NCBI GenBank assembly: GCA_000320545.1
Contig: ADNK01001866.1
Span: 1-64,000, forward strand
From: Bigelowiella natans CCMP2755
Taxonomy: Eukaryota > Protista > Cercozoa
Direction: 5' to 3'
DNA length: 64,000 bases
Part shown: one piece after another, positions 1 through 12,912 of the stretch
How positions within the stretch are numbered: the stretch's first letter is position 1
Layout: each line of letters begins with the position of its first letter
The notes under the pieces: generated by a model
Told to the model about the DNA's origin: nothing
Seen by the model: only the letters and a program-made list of their open reading frames with translations
The model's database searches: none
Program-made: the position numbers and the translations under genes

Positions 1-702
1 TCCCTGAGTTCCCGAGCTAGTGGACCTCGCATCATGTTTATTTGAAGCAATGTGTTCCGTCTCATTTCGCAGTAGAATCGAGCGTGTAGGTGATAAACAC
101 CGGCTCCAAATGACGTCAGCGCACCCACCTGCTCTGCCATGAAAGGAAGGAGGGAGAGCGAGAGAGAGCGAGACATAGAGAAGGAGACCTTACTCTGCAA
201 GTGTGTCAACAAATCGGAGTCCCCAATTAGAAAGTACTTCTCTATCTTCAGATCATCTCTCGTTGTGCATGGTGGATAGGGTCTACCTCTTGACTTTCTC
301 GCTCGAAGTGAAAAATCTTTTGCGGGCTTTGCGACGGGAGGAGCTGATCGCTGCGGTGGCAAAACGAGGAGAGAGCAGGGGGATTGCGTACACCCCATCG
401 TGTAAATTCCAACATCTATAATCTCTTTCTACCCAATGATCGCATAGCTACTCTCTCTAACCTGGATTCCTCTTCAATGCAAGCAGAGGCTCGTTGCGAT
501 GAGTTGGCGTTGTTGCGTTAAAAAAGTCTGGTTCAAACGCCAGCATCATGGCCAAAGCCATGGTGCAAAGTACTGCCGCGGACATTGATGCCTTCTGGGA
601 GGAGCTGCATGAGTGCTGGCGCCATCTCCTTCCTCCGCCACTACTCCTGTCCCTGCGGTGTTCTCCGACCCGCTGGCGTGCGCGGGCTCGAAACGCGACC
701 AT
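1..702 (-). CDS. 5' part of a spliced gene running off the window start; possible signal peptide + transit-peptide-like N-terminus; function unknown
   Basis: ATG at 702. A hydrophobic stretch AAVLCTMALAMMLAF is followed by a GT-AG intron (~460-416), then an exon reading DVGIYTMGCTQSPCSLLVLPPQRSAPPVAKPAKDFSLRARKSR and another GT donor near 286. Confidence 0.35.
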
Positions 703-753
703 TCTTTATCTGAGGAGGTGGACCAACTTCGAAGTTCGAAGTTCCAAGTTGGG

Positions 754-754
<1 letters not shown>

Positions 755-792
<38 letters not shown>
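755..792. repeat. (AAC)n microsatellite
   Basis: Directly visible. It is representative of dozens of (TA)n, (CA)n, (GAT)n, (AGT)n, (GA)n and (CAG)n tracts across the window. Confidence 0.95.
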
Positions 793-793
<1 letters not shown>

Positions 794-1077
794 CCTTCTT
801 TGTGCTAGTGATGCGCTGCGATGATGACGCACGTACGAAATAGCAGGATGCTACAACATCACACAGTGACAGGACGAAACTGACGGAATGAACTGCAGAT
901 AGATCTATATCTTGACCAAAGACGCAATCGAAGGTGCGTCCGCACCCCCCCCCACTCCCCCCCCCCCGCCCCTCCTCAATTCCAATGATAACGACTTCCT
1001 ACAATTATGTCAACTGCACTTATGTTGCGATCTCTCCATAAGAAAAACTATTGAACCTGATCAATTCAAGCGCAAAA

Positions 1078-4000
1078 ATGTCAGAAGAAAAAAAACTGTA
1101 TGTAATCGGCGCTGGAACCGTGGAAGGTAACTAATCTGTTGCCTGCAGAGCCGGCGTATGCATACGCTCGCATGCACGTACACGCTCACACCTTAAAAGT
1201 GAAAAATGAGGTTGAGGATTTAGAGAATCTATTCTCGTTCGGAAAATGATCAAATTGCTATTGAAAGTTAATGGAATCTACTCTGCTGCGGGAGAGCGTG
1301 GTGGTTGCACCAAGTGGATTCGCAAGGTACGTATAGCTGTCCATAGTTGAGTGCCGAAACTATATTTTCTCGGACATTGATGATCTTCCTCTTTAAATCT
1401 CAGGAGGGCGATCGAACGTACCAAATCTGTCGCTCTAAAGATAAGTTCTGGATTTTCAGGTGATAAGATTTTATAGAAATCCAGGAAATCCTCGTATACG
1501 GTGTAATCTTGCGTTGGGGTAAATTTTAAGAGTCTACATCTAGTATTCTTTTTTAAGGTCCGACCGTAATGGGATCGAGAAAGATATCGATTTCTACAAC
1601 AGCAAGGTTGGCGTTTCCTCATGAAAGAGCCATCCGTGCTAATTGTGCTGTGCTTTGGTGGCGTAGGAGAAGAAATGGGGGGAGGCTGAGATTCCTCCGG
1701 CTGATCCAGGAACGTACAAACCAATTAAGGGAGCACTTCCGTGCCCACGATTTCTGGAAAGGTAATTATCGCTGCCGTTCATATTCATACAAATCAAATA
1801 TACTCTACTCTTTTTTAAATTAAACTATGGGTAATACTATGATAGCTATGAGGTCGTCATCAGTGACGCTGGCTCAAAGGAGGTACTGAATGATTACATA
1901 ATCCTGAACTCCTTGTTTGGATATCAGTGTGGGAAAATGAAGTGCATGTTGAATTTAGGTCGTGGGCTTGTATGAGCCGAACGGCGAAAGTGGAGGAGCG
2001 CCACAGTAATTAATAATCGTTTTGATACCCAAATTAAAGAAAGTATGCGAGGAAGCTTTAAGTGATAATTTTGTGACACGCAACAAATGCAGTAGTACTT
2101 TCCTACGATTTGATTACGCAAATTGTCGTGAGTATCAGAAGAGAGGAATCCTCTTGAGCTCCCCACCCTTAGATCTGTGTTCAACTATGTTTTTACTACC
2201 TCATTTAGATTCATACGCCATGACAAGAAAAACGATCGGACTTTCAAAGTAATAAGAGTTAATGAACTAGGTTTATCTAACCGTGGGTCATTCCTTGAAT
2301 AACAACTTTAAAACTTTTTGACAGATTAGGCGTTGTACGGGTTCAACATCAAAAAAAGTCTCGTGGTGGATTTACCGATCAGACCGCAATGGCATTAGTA
2401 AAGATATTGACTATTACAATGTGTACTCGGAGTCTGACTTGCCTCCACTTACTGGCTGGAAGAAGCTGCGGGCTGGCGCACTACCTCTCCCTAACTTCTC
2501 AACTTGCAGCGACATTCAAATTGTATCCGCGGGGAGCGAGGAAGTGCTTGGCCGCTACGAGGTGAGTGAGAATAAACGCGACAATACTGTTCAGCTCACA
2601 AGGCGTGATGGGGACAAAGAGTACACGATTTGTCGAAGTAGGTCCGCGAAAACTGGAATCTGCAAGTGGTGGATCTGCCGCACCGATCGCAACGGCATTG
2701 AATCTGACATTGACTTCTATAACATTGAGTGCGAAGCTGACCTACCCCCCTTCTCGGGCTACACAGTGCTTCGCAAGGGTGAAGGGCCGCCATGTATTTT
2801 GACGACAATCGAGAACTTTGACGCAGAGCAGAACGCCGAGGCAGAGGCGAAGGATATTGCAACAGAAAATAAGGAAGGGGGCGCAATCTACATCATTGGC
2901 GCCGGCTCTGAAGAAACTTGTGGTCGCTACACCAAGATGGATAAGATGCGTGATGGAGTTCCCCAGTTTAGCATGAGCAGAGACACGAAAGAATACACGA
3001 TCTGCAGGGCAACGGGAAGTCGCTCCAGAAAGACGAAGTGGTGGATCTGCCGAACGGACCGCAATGGAATCAAAGAGGATATCGACTTTTACAACAAAAC
3101 TGACGACAGCGACAGCCCGCCTGGCCTCGGCTTCGAAACTCTCAGAAAAGGTAGCAATGAGCCTCCTGAGATATCCCTTGATGGATCTCTATATATGCTC
3201 GGCGCCGGTGAGTCGGAAGCGAACGGCCGCTACATGGCTACCCACTTCAGTGATGGGGTGACGGTATTCGAACGAATCTCCTCTGGAGGCACTACGTTCA
3301 GGATAGAGCGTGTGCAGATCGAGAACCAAGACTCAAAGGTCTGGCAGCTTACTTGCATGGACTCCAAGAAGGGCAAAGGTAGTGCTCTATCAGAGCCTCT
3401 CTGATGCTGACACTCCCCCGCGGCATGGCTGGGAGTACGACGAGGAAATCCTTCCTGGCAAGTCTCCGGTCCCTGATGTAAGTGTGCGCTGCAACGTGAA
3501 CGTCGAGGCGGGCTTTGACGATGCAGATGGGCTTTACAAAGTCGAGGATTCTGAAACCATGCCGTACGTCCTCAAGCAGCAAGATGGCAAGTGCGTTATC
3601 AAGCGCGTCTCCGCCAACACCTGGGTCTTACAGAGCGGTGAGGAGGAAATCTACCGCTCTAAGGCGTGGCCTTATGATTTCCCCCCCTTCGAGCACACAA
3701 TGTGGAGTGGTGATGAGGATCATGGCGTCCTCCAACTCTACACCGGCACGAAGCCGGAGGCAGTTGTGATTGACAAGGCCGTCGAAGAAATCAGCAAGGA
3801 GCTCGGGGACCTCCTCAAGAAGCGTTTTATTCATAAGAACGAGTACCGAGAGGTTGTCGAAAAGCTGGAGAAGTCAGGGACCAAGTACGTCGACGAAGAG
3901 TTCGTCCCGTCGAAGAAATCGGTAGGCAATGAAGAAGTACCAATTGAGAGAAAGGGGGGGAGGGAGGGGCGGTGTAAGCTTACATATATTCGCTATGTAG

Positions 4001-5765
4001 AGGTGCGGGATGCATGAGGATTTCCCCCAAAGATAGCCACATGCTGCAACTTCGAATCTTCATCTACGATATTATCAAAACCATTTAGATTTGCTCTGAG
4101 AAGGCTGCCGCGACAAAGCGGACACGGGAGAAGCTACAGGCCAAGAACATCGAGTGGCGACGCCCTTCCGAATTCTTGCGTGAGGGCGTCCTCTATGACG
4201 GCACAGATGCGAACGACATATCTCAGGGATCTTTGGGTGACTGCTGGGCGTTGTCGTCAATCGCAGCGCTCGCGGAGAACGACGACTTGAACCTGGTCGA
4301 GCGGATGTTCCTCGACAAGAAAGCGAATAACGCCGGCATCTACGGGATACACATTTGCATCGATGGGCTGTGGCGCACAATACTGATAGACGACTACTTA
4401 CCCTGCCACCCACGTGGGGGGCCGATATTCGCCAAGTCTCTCCACAATGAGTTTTGGGGATGCTTGCTGGAAAAGGCCTATGCAAAGGTGTTTGGTGGTT
4501 ACGGAAACCTCGCAGGTGGACACGAAGCACACGCTATGCTAGACTTCACCGGATACCCCTCCATGTACATTCCACTCGGCAAATGCAATGAAGGAAAAGT
4601 CGATAAGGAGAGAACCTTCCAAAACCTGCTGCTTTTCACGAAGTTGGGCTACTCCATGACGTGTGGAACGCCTGGCGAAAGCACGTGGGAGAAAATCGGA
4701 ATTGACCCTCAAACTGCCAAAAAAAAGGCAGGTGTATGCTATGGCCACGCTTATACGCTGCTGGGGGCCAGAGAAGAAGAAGTTGACGGAAAAAAACTTC
4801 GTCTTCTGCACGTTCGAAACCCGTGGGGTTCTGGGGAGTGGAAGGGCAACTATAGCGACAACGATCGTGAGGGATGGACGCCCGAAGCGTTGGAGAAGTT
4901 TAAGCCCGTGTTTGCGAACGACGGAGCTTTCTACATTCCGTACGATGAGTGGTGGAAGTACTACAACGAAGTGTCTGTTCTTCTTTCTACGAGCCTGGAC
5001 GGAAACAAGTGGAAATCCCCCAAGCGCTACTCAATTAAATCAGACAAAACTTGGAAACTGTCGATCAAGCCAATCGAAGTGACGAAAGAGTGCCAGATCT
5101 GTCTGGCCGCCTTCCAGCCAGATAAGAGAAATCCCAAAAACCCTCAGGAGTACGCAAGGATTCGCGTTCACCTCTTTGATGAGAATCTAAACTGTGTCTC
5201 TGCAAGCGCGAAAAGCTGGGATGCGAGTAAGCGTCAGGTCATCGCCATAGCGGAGAAGGTGGAACCTGGCCAGTACGTTGTCGTGCTCTCATGCGAGATC
5301 AATCCAGACAAGGTATGTCAGCCCCTATGCTCGCCTCGTGTGATCTTGGTTGCTTTTCGTTTTAATGCTTACATGTTCGTGGGGGAGGGGGGGGGGTGGT
5401 TTGTTTATAGCAATCGCGTTGTTCGAATCGATTTCATGTGTTTTTTCTTAACCGTCTTGCGATTAGATCACCATCTCTGAGTGCGGAGTCTCGGAACTGA
5501 ATGGCACGTATACACCAAAGCCTAGATATCACATGACCTTTGAGAAAAAAGGAGGGGCTACATTCAAGAATTTACATTACGGGGACGGAACTCGAAGGAC
5601 GAGTATTAATGTTGGCGATGACAACCATTTCCATGGCAAAGACTACATCGCTGGTGGATTCAACACAGAGTAATATTCCCCCCCCCCCCCCATGTGTATC
5701 CTGAGGGACGAATTGGATGTCTTGAGACACGTGCACAACATATAATATATAACAAAATATAATAC

Positions 5766-5808
<43 letters not shown>

Positions 5809-5827
5809 CACACACACATATTTGCGC

Positions 5828-5862
<35 letters not shown>

Positions 5863-6135
5863 TGTGTACGCAGTTTGCGAACTTTAAGTTCTTATTCTTC
5901 TTATCTCATCGCAATCATCACTTGTCACAGATGGAAGGGAGTAGCAGCTGAGCCAAAGATCGAATACGACATCACCGAGAGAGCTTTCACGTATGTGATC
6001 TACTGTAATGAAGAAGACGCATTGGAGACTTCCGATTCCGATTATGACCTGAAAAAAATTGATAAGCATGTGGCCGCAGCGAGGAAGGATTACGTCGAAA
6101 AATGCAAACTGATGCTGACTACAGATAATGTATAA
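1078..6135 (+). CDS. Calpain-family cysteine protease (CysPc + C2-like domain III) with six N-terminal ~100-aa tandem repeats; multi-exon; apparent +1 frameshift at ~3375
   Basis: Catalytic motifs QGSLGDCW, GHAYT and RNPWG plus LLEKAYAK lie in ORF 4176-5480. The 5' exons splice at GT-AG sites from ATG 1078 (MSEEKKLYVIGAGTVEVNGIYSAAGERGGCTKWIRK-EGDRTYQICRSKDKFWIFR-SDRNGIEKDIDFYNSK...). The last exon is ~5930-6135. Confidence 0.9.
5768..5866. repeat. (TA)n, (CA)n and (GCGT)n microsatellites in the last calpain intron
   Basis: Directly visible. Confidence 0.95.
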
Positions 6136-6458
6136 ACATATGTCTGTACACACACTAGAGCCCAAGTACCTTAGATATAGAAACTAAATATAATATACTG
6201 CATGGGTCTCTAGTACACATGCACGCTACATGCATATGTAATCGCACATACGTTGTGTCGAATAACAAATTTCTTCATATGGTCGCAGTGTATTGCGTGC
6301 AATGGCAGTAATGCACGCGCATAGCCGCGTGTATGACGCACATTTACTAGTCAATAAATGGGATGCGTTGCGATGGAAACATATGCATGCAAGCATGCAT
6401 GATGAAGCGACTGAAGTCAGTTTTTTCAATAATTATTAGCAGAGCCCCTGAACTTGTA

Positions 6459-6555
6459 TGTGGGACGGATGTTTGTGATGAAGTGATTAAACATTTCAAT
6501 AGTTAGTTATATATCCTAATAATGTAACTGTGCAAAGCAGTGGCTACAGCGCTAG
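6459..6555 (-). repeat. Dispersed intergenic motif, copy C
   Basis: The reverse complement tagcgctgtagccactgctttgcacagttacatt...attgaaatgtttaatcacttcatcacaaacatccgtccca aligns with the copies at 31615, 19484 and 27703. Confidence 0.7.
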
Positions 6556-7893
6556 AGCGCTTCGTTGAGTTGCATGTGTCTATTTATCACTGCTGTAATG
6601 TGCTTCATGAATTTCAAAGCATCTATGCTCTGCCATCAATGTCGCGCAGGGTGTGCGCAGCGGTCCGCGCCAGCTGTAGTCAGGTGTGTGATGAGTAGGT
6701 TCAGGTGTGTGATGTGATGACCAAAAATATTGCATTACATGACCTCAAATGCATGGCACAGACAATTCAACACCGCTATTTGAGATGGGTAGGGACAGCA
6801 AAAAACCTGTTAAATTGAGGCGGCGAACACAAGCTCGTGACAACATCATGACAATTTGACATTTTGTCGTATTCGTGAGTGCACTGTTGTGAGTTTAAAA
6901 CATGTGCTGTCGACACTGCATTGCATTGTAGCATGCAGCAGTGTGTGTTCTAAACACACATTGTCAACAATGCAATGTGCATAGCTGTTGACAATGTGTG
7001 ATTCTTGCAAACACTGTCTGTTTGAAATCATCAGCATGCACCTACAAAAATGTGCTTTGATGAATTGATTGATTTCAAAACACACATCGTGTGAACATGA
7101 GTCACATTGTCATTGACATCATGAGTGCAAGTCACATTGTCGTTGACACATTGCTACTCAGCAGAGACAATTCAAATGCATTGTTGACAACATCGGGGAT
7201 TTTGCTTGCGTGCGACAACATGGTCTCCATGACTCATAGTGACTAGCACCATGATCATGTTGCAATTTACCGAATTGACAAATTGCCAAAGACACATGGT
7301 GTTGGAAAGAAACTGAATCCATTTCGATGCTGAAGCACATGCACACATGCAGCCCGGCGTCATTGCAGCTGGGGCATCTCTGCTGCATGCTAGCATGCTA
7401 GCATGGCTAGCTAGCTAGCTGGGCATGCAATCTAGCAATCTAGATCGAATGTCTGCAAGCAGACAGATGTCTGGACCCGCTACCCGCACGTACTGTGGTG
7501 GATGCAACGTGCGCACATCTAGACATCATGCTAGCATGAATGGCACAACTATGCTGCTAGCTAGCTAGATAGAGCAACGCCCGATCTCTTCATTTTCGAG
7601 CATCGCATCGCATGTTCTCGCAGCATGCAATGTAACGCACATCTAGATGTGTCATGCCAATGGCAATCATGTTGTCGTCTAATAATAATCATATGAGAAT
7701 GCGTGTGCTCATACCTGCGACATAATCAATTAGCTACTGATTATCTACGTTTTATTAGTATTGACATTTGCTATTCCTCACTTAATATTATGTCATATTG
7801 TCTCCATAAGGTGCATGTATAATGTGTATGTACAACTGAATTGTGTAGGTCAGCAAAATTCCATCATCCTACATTTCTACAACATTGATCATC

Positions 7894-7974
7894 TCAATGG
7901 TCTGCAAAGATCGATCCAAAGGCGATATAGTTTGTGATGGCTAGGGAGAGCGATTTAAGAAACCTGATGAGGAC

Positions 7975-8016
<42 letters not shown>

Positions 8017-8101
8017 AGCCCTTCTTGATGACTAGATGATGATTATGTGGTGCACGCATACATGTACAGATGACGTCAATGATGTAAACACCTTAATGGA
8101 T

Positions 8102-8162
<61 letters not shown>

Positions 8163-8284
8163 GAAAATAGCATGTGCAATGTTCTCTCCCACGAACACCG
8201 AAAGCACACTAAGTCTGACCTTTGAAGAATGGGCTTTGCTTCATCGGTCATCTGTAGAAGTTGTTGAATGAATTTGAACTTGTG

Positions 8285-8327
<43 letters not shown>

Positions 8328-8554
8328 TATACATATCTATAAACCATATGAATATACACAATATCATACCTTCATCGTATTCATTTTGCGGATCTCAAAA
8401 TTCTTCCATACAGCTTCTTCTGTGCCACATTATAGAAGAAAGATACGATCGTCGCCCGCAAAGAAGAGAACGGAGTTAGAAGAGCCAGAGAGTGAAACAA
8501 CAAAGACCGTCAGTGGAGATGAAGAAGAAACCCGACACAACATAACTATTCCGT

Positions 8555-8591
<37 letters not shown>

Positions 8592-9242
8592 ACACATCAC
8601 ACTTGCCAACACCTTGGTTGTTGCCCTTCCGCGGAGATGATGAGGATGGCGATGGTGATGACGTCCACTCTAAAATATAGTGACATAAATACCCATCAAT
8701 CAATCAATAACGACATTTAGCAGCTGTCTGTTTACGACGAAACAGGTGTAAAAAACGAACGAATTTATGTGTAAGCAATCCCTGAAGTGTACTCAAAACA
8801 TCGATACGTTCGCCCATATGAAATCATAACTTGCACTAACATTTAACACAAAGCGATTCAAAACCGCTGCTCTTCATTTCCTTTCTCGTTTTCCTTCTTA
8901 TTACCGTCGACGACGCAATCCACAATTGTGCCTCCCACCCTCAGCGAAAAGCCCCTGTATTCGCTTCCGAGCGAGGATGAGGAGGAGGATGATGATGATG
9001 ACTCGTGCTCTCTTTTCAGTGGCGTGGTAGTTATTCGCATATCTACGCTCTCCGCAATATGTGCAGCCTGAGCAGGACGAACGGTAGTTCAGGCATCGTC
9101 GTGTGTTTGCGTGAGTGCGTGTAGTAGATAGAGTGAATACTTCTCGATGCTAATCATAATAGTACCTCGACTTTGGCCCACCGAACAACCTGCGATACCA
9201 GCCACGCAACAACGCGACGGGGGAGGAATTAGGAAGTAAAAC

Positions 9243-9274
<32 letters not shown>

Positions 9275-10070
9275 AAGATAGATCAACTACGGGTCAGGGG
9301 ACAAGGCTTGAAGTATATTGTAATATGTAATATTATGTATTCAATAATGAGTAAAATAGAATAAATGAATGAACAAACAAGTATGTTGTGTCAATGCTTT
9401 CATGCGTGCCCCCCCCTCTTCCCATCTGCTTCTTCTTCTTCTTCTTCTTCTTCTTCTTCTTCTCATTCTCCTCATCCTCCTCCAATGAAGTGAAGAGAAG
9501 AAAACACAGCATACTACCTGATTAAGGAAATCCGTTCTAGAAACATGGCTAGGAATCTGAAAAAAGGCAAGCATATGATGGTATGTATCATTATAGCGAC
9601 GAGAAACAACAATAACAACGCCAACGCGAAGAGAAGAGGACGAGGGGGACAAGGAGGATGGAGGGGTGATAGGTAGGTAGGTTATGAGCATTTAGGAGTC
9701 GTTGTGCAGGGATAGGACGTGCGTACATAATACCACACATTTGCTTGTGGTTGCAACTCCTTCCATGTACCCTCCATCAACGTTATCATCATCATCATCG
9801 TCATCATCACCGACTCCCCTTGCCCGTCTACACAGATCTCGTTCCAAAGGCTATTATTATTATTACTACTACTACTACTACTGCTACTACCTCTATTCTA
9901 CTGAGAACGGTGAAAGCTGCGATGTTGTTTTGACCGTTGTCTCTGAAGCCTGTGCCCTCCTTACCCCCACCCCCTGGGAACGTTGCTGCCTGCTTCCCTA
10001 TTATTCCACGGGGAGGGGGTCCAGAGAACGGGTTGTAGATAGCACCGCTGCTCTTCTCACCGTATCTACG
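7894..10070 (-). CDS. Spliced exons of an uncharacterised domain; probably the 3' part of the PPR gene, or a separate gene
   Basis: GT/GC-AG bounded exons translate to IPSHVSRTDFLNQ-VVRWAKVE-AAHIAESVDM...YRGFSLRVGGTIVDCVVD...GVEEAVWKNFEIRKMNTMK-FKFIQQLLQMTDEAKPILQR-FLKSLSLAITNYIAFGSIFADH*. Confidence 0.55.
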
Positions 10071-10245
10071 CAGAATCGTAAAAAAACGGTCAGAAGAATA
10101 TGTAGTATGTATATGTGAGTGTAGATATTTTGTTTTTGTCGCCGTTGTGTGTTTTGTTCTCTTGTTATTCTTCGTTCTCCCTCTCGTGTCGTTGCTCTCC
10201 TCCTCCTCTCCTCCTCCTCCTCCTTCTCCTTTCTTTCTTTCTTTC

Positions 10246-10357
10246 TCACTCTCCTCCTCCTCCTCCATAGGCAATGCTGTCGTCATGATCGTAAAACCCA
10301 TGTTCCTTGGCCATCTGCTGTGTGAATGATGGAGTGTGGCGAATACCGGCAACAGGG

Positions 10358-10395
<38 letters not shown>

Positions 10396-12065
10396 ATGCT
10401 GCTGCTGCTGCTGCTCTTGCTGCTGCAGTGAAAGGGATGATGATGATGATAATGAAGAAGAAGAAGAAGAAAAGTCCGTGCTTCCTTCCTCAAAACCCTG
10501 TTCAATCTCATCAAAATCTTCTCGATTTGCTGCTGAGACTTTATCATTGCCCGGGGGCGGAGAGGGTGCGGATGATGATGCCGTTGTTGTTGTTGCTGCT
10601 GCTGCTGCAACCACGTCGCCTCTCCATCTGTCACTGCCGCTTGTTGTTGTTGTTGTTGTTGTTTCCTCCCTCTGCTTGTCTTGCTCGAGCTCCTCTCTCT
10701 TCTTCCGTATCATCTTCTCCTCCATCCGAGTCTCCAGCTCTAGGTTGGAGAGCAGCGCGTTGTACGCTCGCTTGGGGTAGTGGTAGTTCCTGAGCCCGTT
10801 TCCCAGTTGTGCCGAGGAGGCCATCACCTCCACCACCTCAGCGTGCATGTTTTTCGAGAGAAGTTCCTTCAGGAGCAGGCTAATCGCTCGCTGCGAGGGT
10901 GCCTTTTGTGCTCGCTGCATAGTCCTGAGGAGACGAAGCGCACGTGAAACGTCTCCAAGGAGGCATGACGCCTCGATGACTTGGGAGTATATCTGAGCGG
11001 AGGGGATCACATCGCGGCCGCGCAGCTCGTCGTAGGCTTTGAGGGACTCGAGGTGCTGCCCAGCGGCATTCATCACGCGCAGAAACGTGTGGTACCTAGC
11101 AGTAGCAGCCGCAACAGCATCGTTCGTAGCAGCGTAGGGGGGGGGGGGGGGGAGGGGGAGGGGTTAAATGACTTTGAACGGATTGATGCTGTTCGTGTGG
11201 GAATGAAATCATCATCAATCGTCCCTATACATCGCCACGAATCAACAACAAGAAGAAGAAGAAACAGCAAGAAGAAGAAGAAGAAGAAGAAGAAGAAGAA
11301 GAAGGAGAGGTGCTACTGAAATGATTCGAACTACTACTACTATCACTATTACAACTACTACTAGTAGTAGTAGCAGCACTAGAAGTACGTTTTGACTGAA
11401 GGCTGTATATCCTGATTGCTCGGTTCCCTGTCCGCTGCCTCCTTGAGCTCGCCCAGAAACTCCAGCGCTTTACCCCAATTCCTTGTCTTGAGGCAGCTCC
11501 CAATCGCGGCGGTGAAGGTCCGGACGTCTGGGGCGACAGCCTTTGGGTTCTCCCCCTTTGCCTTCTTCATGTCTTCTAGAAGTCGTTCTGCCTCCTGACA
11601 CAGCCCCGTGCGCAGGTACCCTGACATCAGAGCGTTATAAGCGTAGATACCTGGGCATGACCCCTCCCCCCCCTCCTCATCCATCATTCTCTGGAACATC
11701 CTGTGCGCCGCATCCATGTCCTTGAGCCGCGCCGCTGCTGATATGAGGGACACGAAGCTGACGCGATTTGGTTTGGTTTCAGGGTGGGGGGACGCCGCCA
11801 TCTCTTCCAGCAGCCGCTGAGCTTCGGCCATGGTTGGTACTGCGTGCAGGAGGGGGTTGTATGCGCGGGTGGTGGGCACTATCGGTGGCAGAGAAGAAGA
11901 AGAAGAAGAAGAAGAAGATGATGATCGGGATTTCATTCGCTCTAGGACCGAGAGAGCCTAATGATAATTGCAGGAGGAGGAGGAGGAGGAGGAGGAGGAG
12001 GAGGAGGAGGAAGACCGAGAATGATGAGTCAAAAAATAAGATTTTTTCCTTCAGCTTATATTGTG

Positions 12066-12100
<35 letters not shown>

Positions 12101-12880
12101 GCATAGCTATGCAAACAACAACAACACCAACAATAACAACCACAACGACGACTGGTATTATATCTATCAACTCTTCTCCCTTCTAACCCCTACTACTACT
12201 ACCACTACCACTACCACTACCACTACTACTACTACAATATATGTATATATTGTGCATGCATTACAACCTGCTCGTAGCCGTAGCCAATACCACTCGAATC
12301 AGGGAAGAACTCCTCCTCATCACCAGGCTTCACGCCCTTACTATTTCCCCCCTCCTCTTCCTCTTGCTCCTTGCTGACAGCTGCTGCTCTCCGTTGTCGT
12401 CGTCGTTGACCGGCCTCCCCACGCGCACAGGCTGCGATGGTGGAAGAGAAGGCAAATTCGTCCAGCGGGAGCTCTTTGCGCTCTGCGACATCCAGAACCT
12501 CCAGGGCTACGCGGGGGGTTCTGGTTCTGACACTCGAGGCGAGCAAGGAGTGAATCACACGAAGAATGGCTGCAGAGGAGGAGGAGGAAAAGGCCTCTCT
12601 AGCCTCCCCTTCTCCCTTTTGCTCGTATTCATCCTCCTTGGCCCCGCTACGGCTGCCGCCGTCGCTATCGTCGTTGTCGTATGTGACCTTGAAGAGCATT
12701 AGCGCCTCAACCGATTGGTCGTTGGCCGACAGGCAAGAAATCATGGCGTTGGAGAGCATGAGACCGGGGGGCGTTTCGAGCTGCTTAAAGACGCGTAAGG
12801 CCAAGGCCCAGTGGTTGGTGCGCAGTGCTGCGGTCAGGGCAAGCTTCCTTACCTTTGATGATATGTAGTAGTAGTAGTAA

Positions 12881-12912
<32 letters not shown>

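Noticed and set aside
548-843. Plus-strand ORFs with poly-N/poly-Q
   Set aside because: They are microsatellite read-through, antisense to a more plausible spliced gene.
3379-3393. 15-nt GT..AG as an ultrasmall intron
   Set aside because: Its length is a multiple of three, so removing it still hits the TGA at 3402-3404.
9828-12868. Many overlapping ORFs with homopolymer runs (poly-C, L, Y, K, T)
   Set aside because: These are artefacts of trinucleotide repeats in PPR introns and antisense frames.
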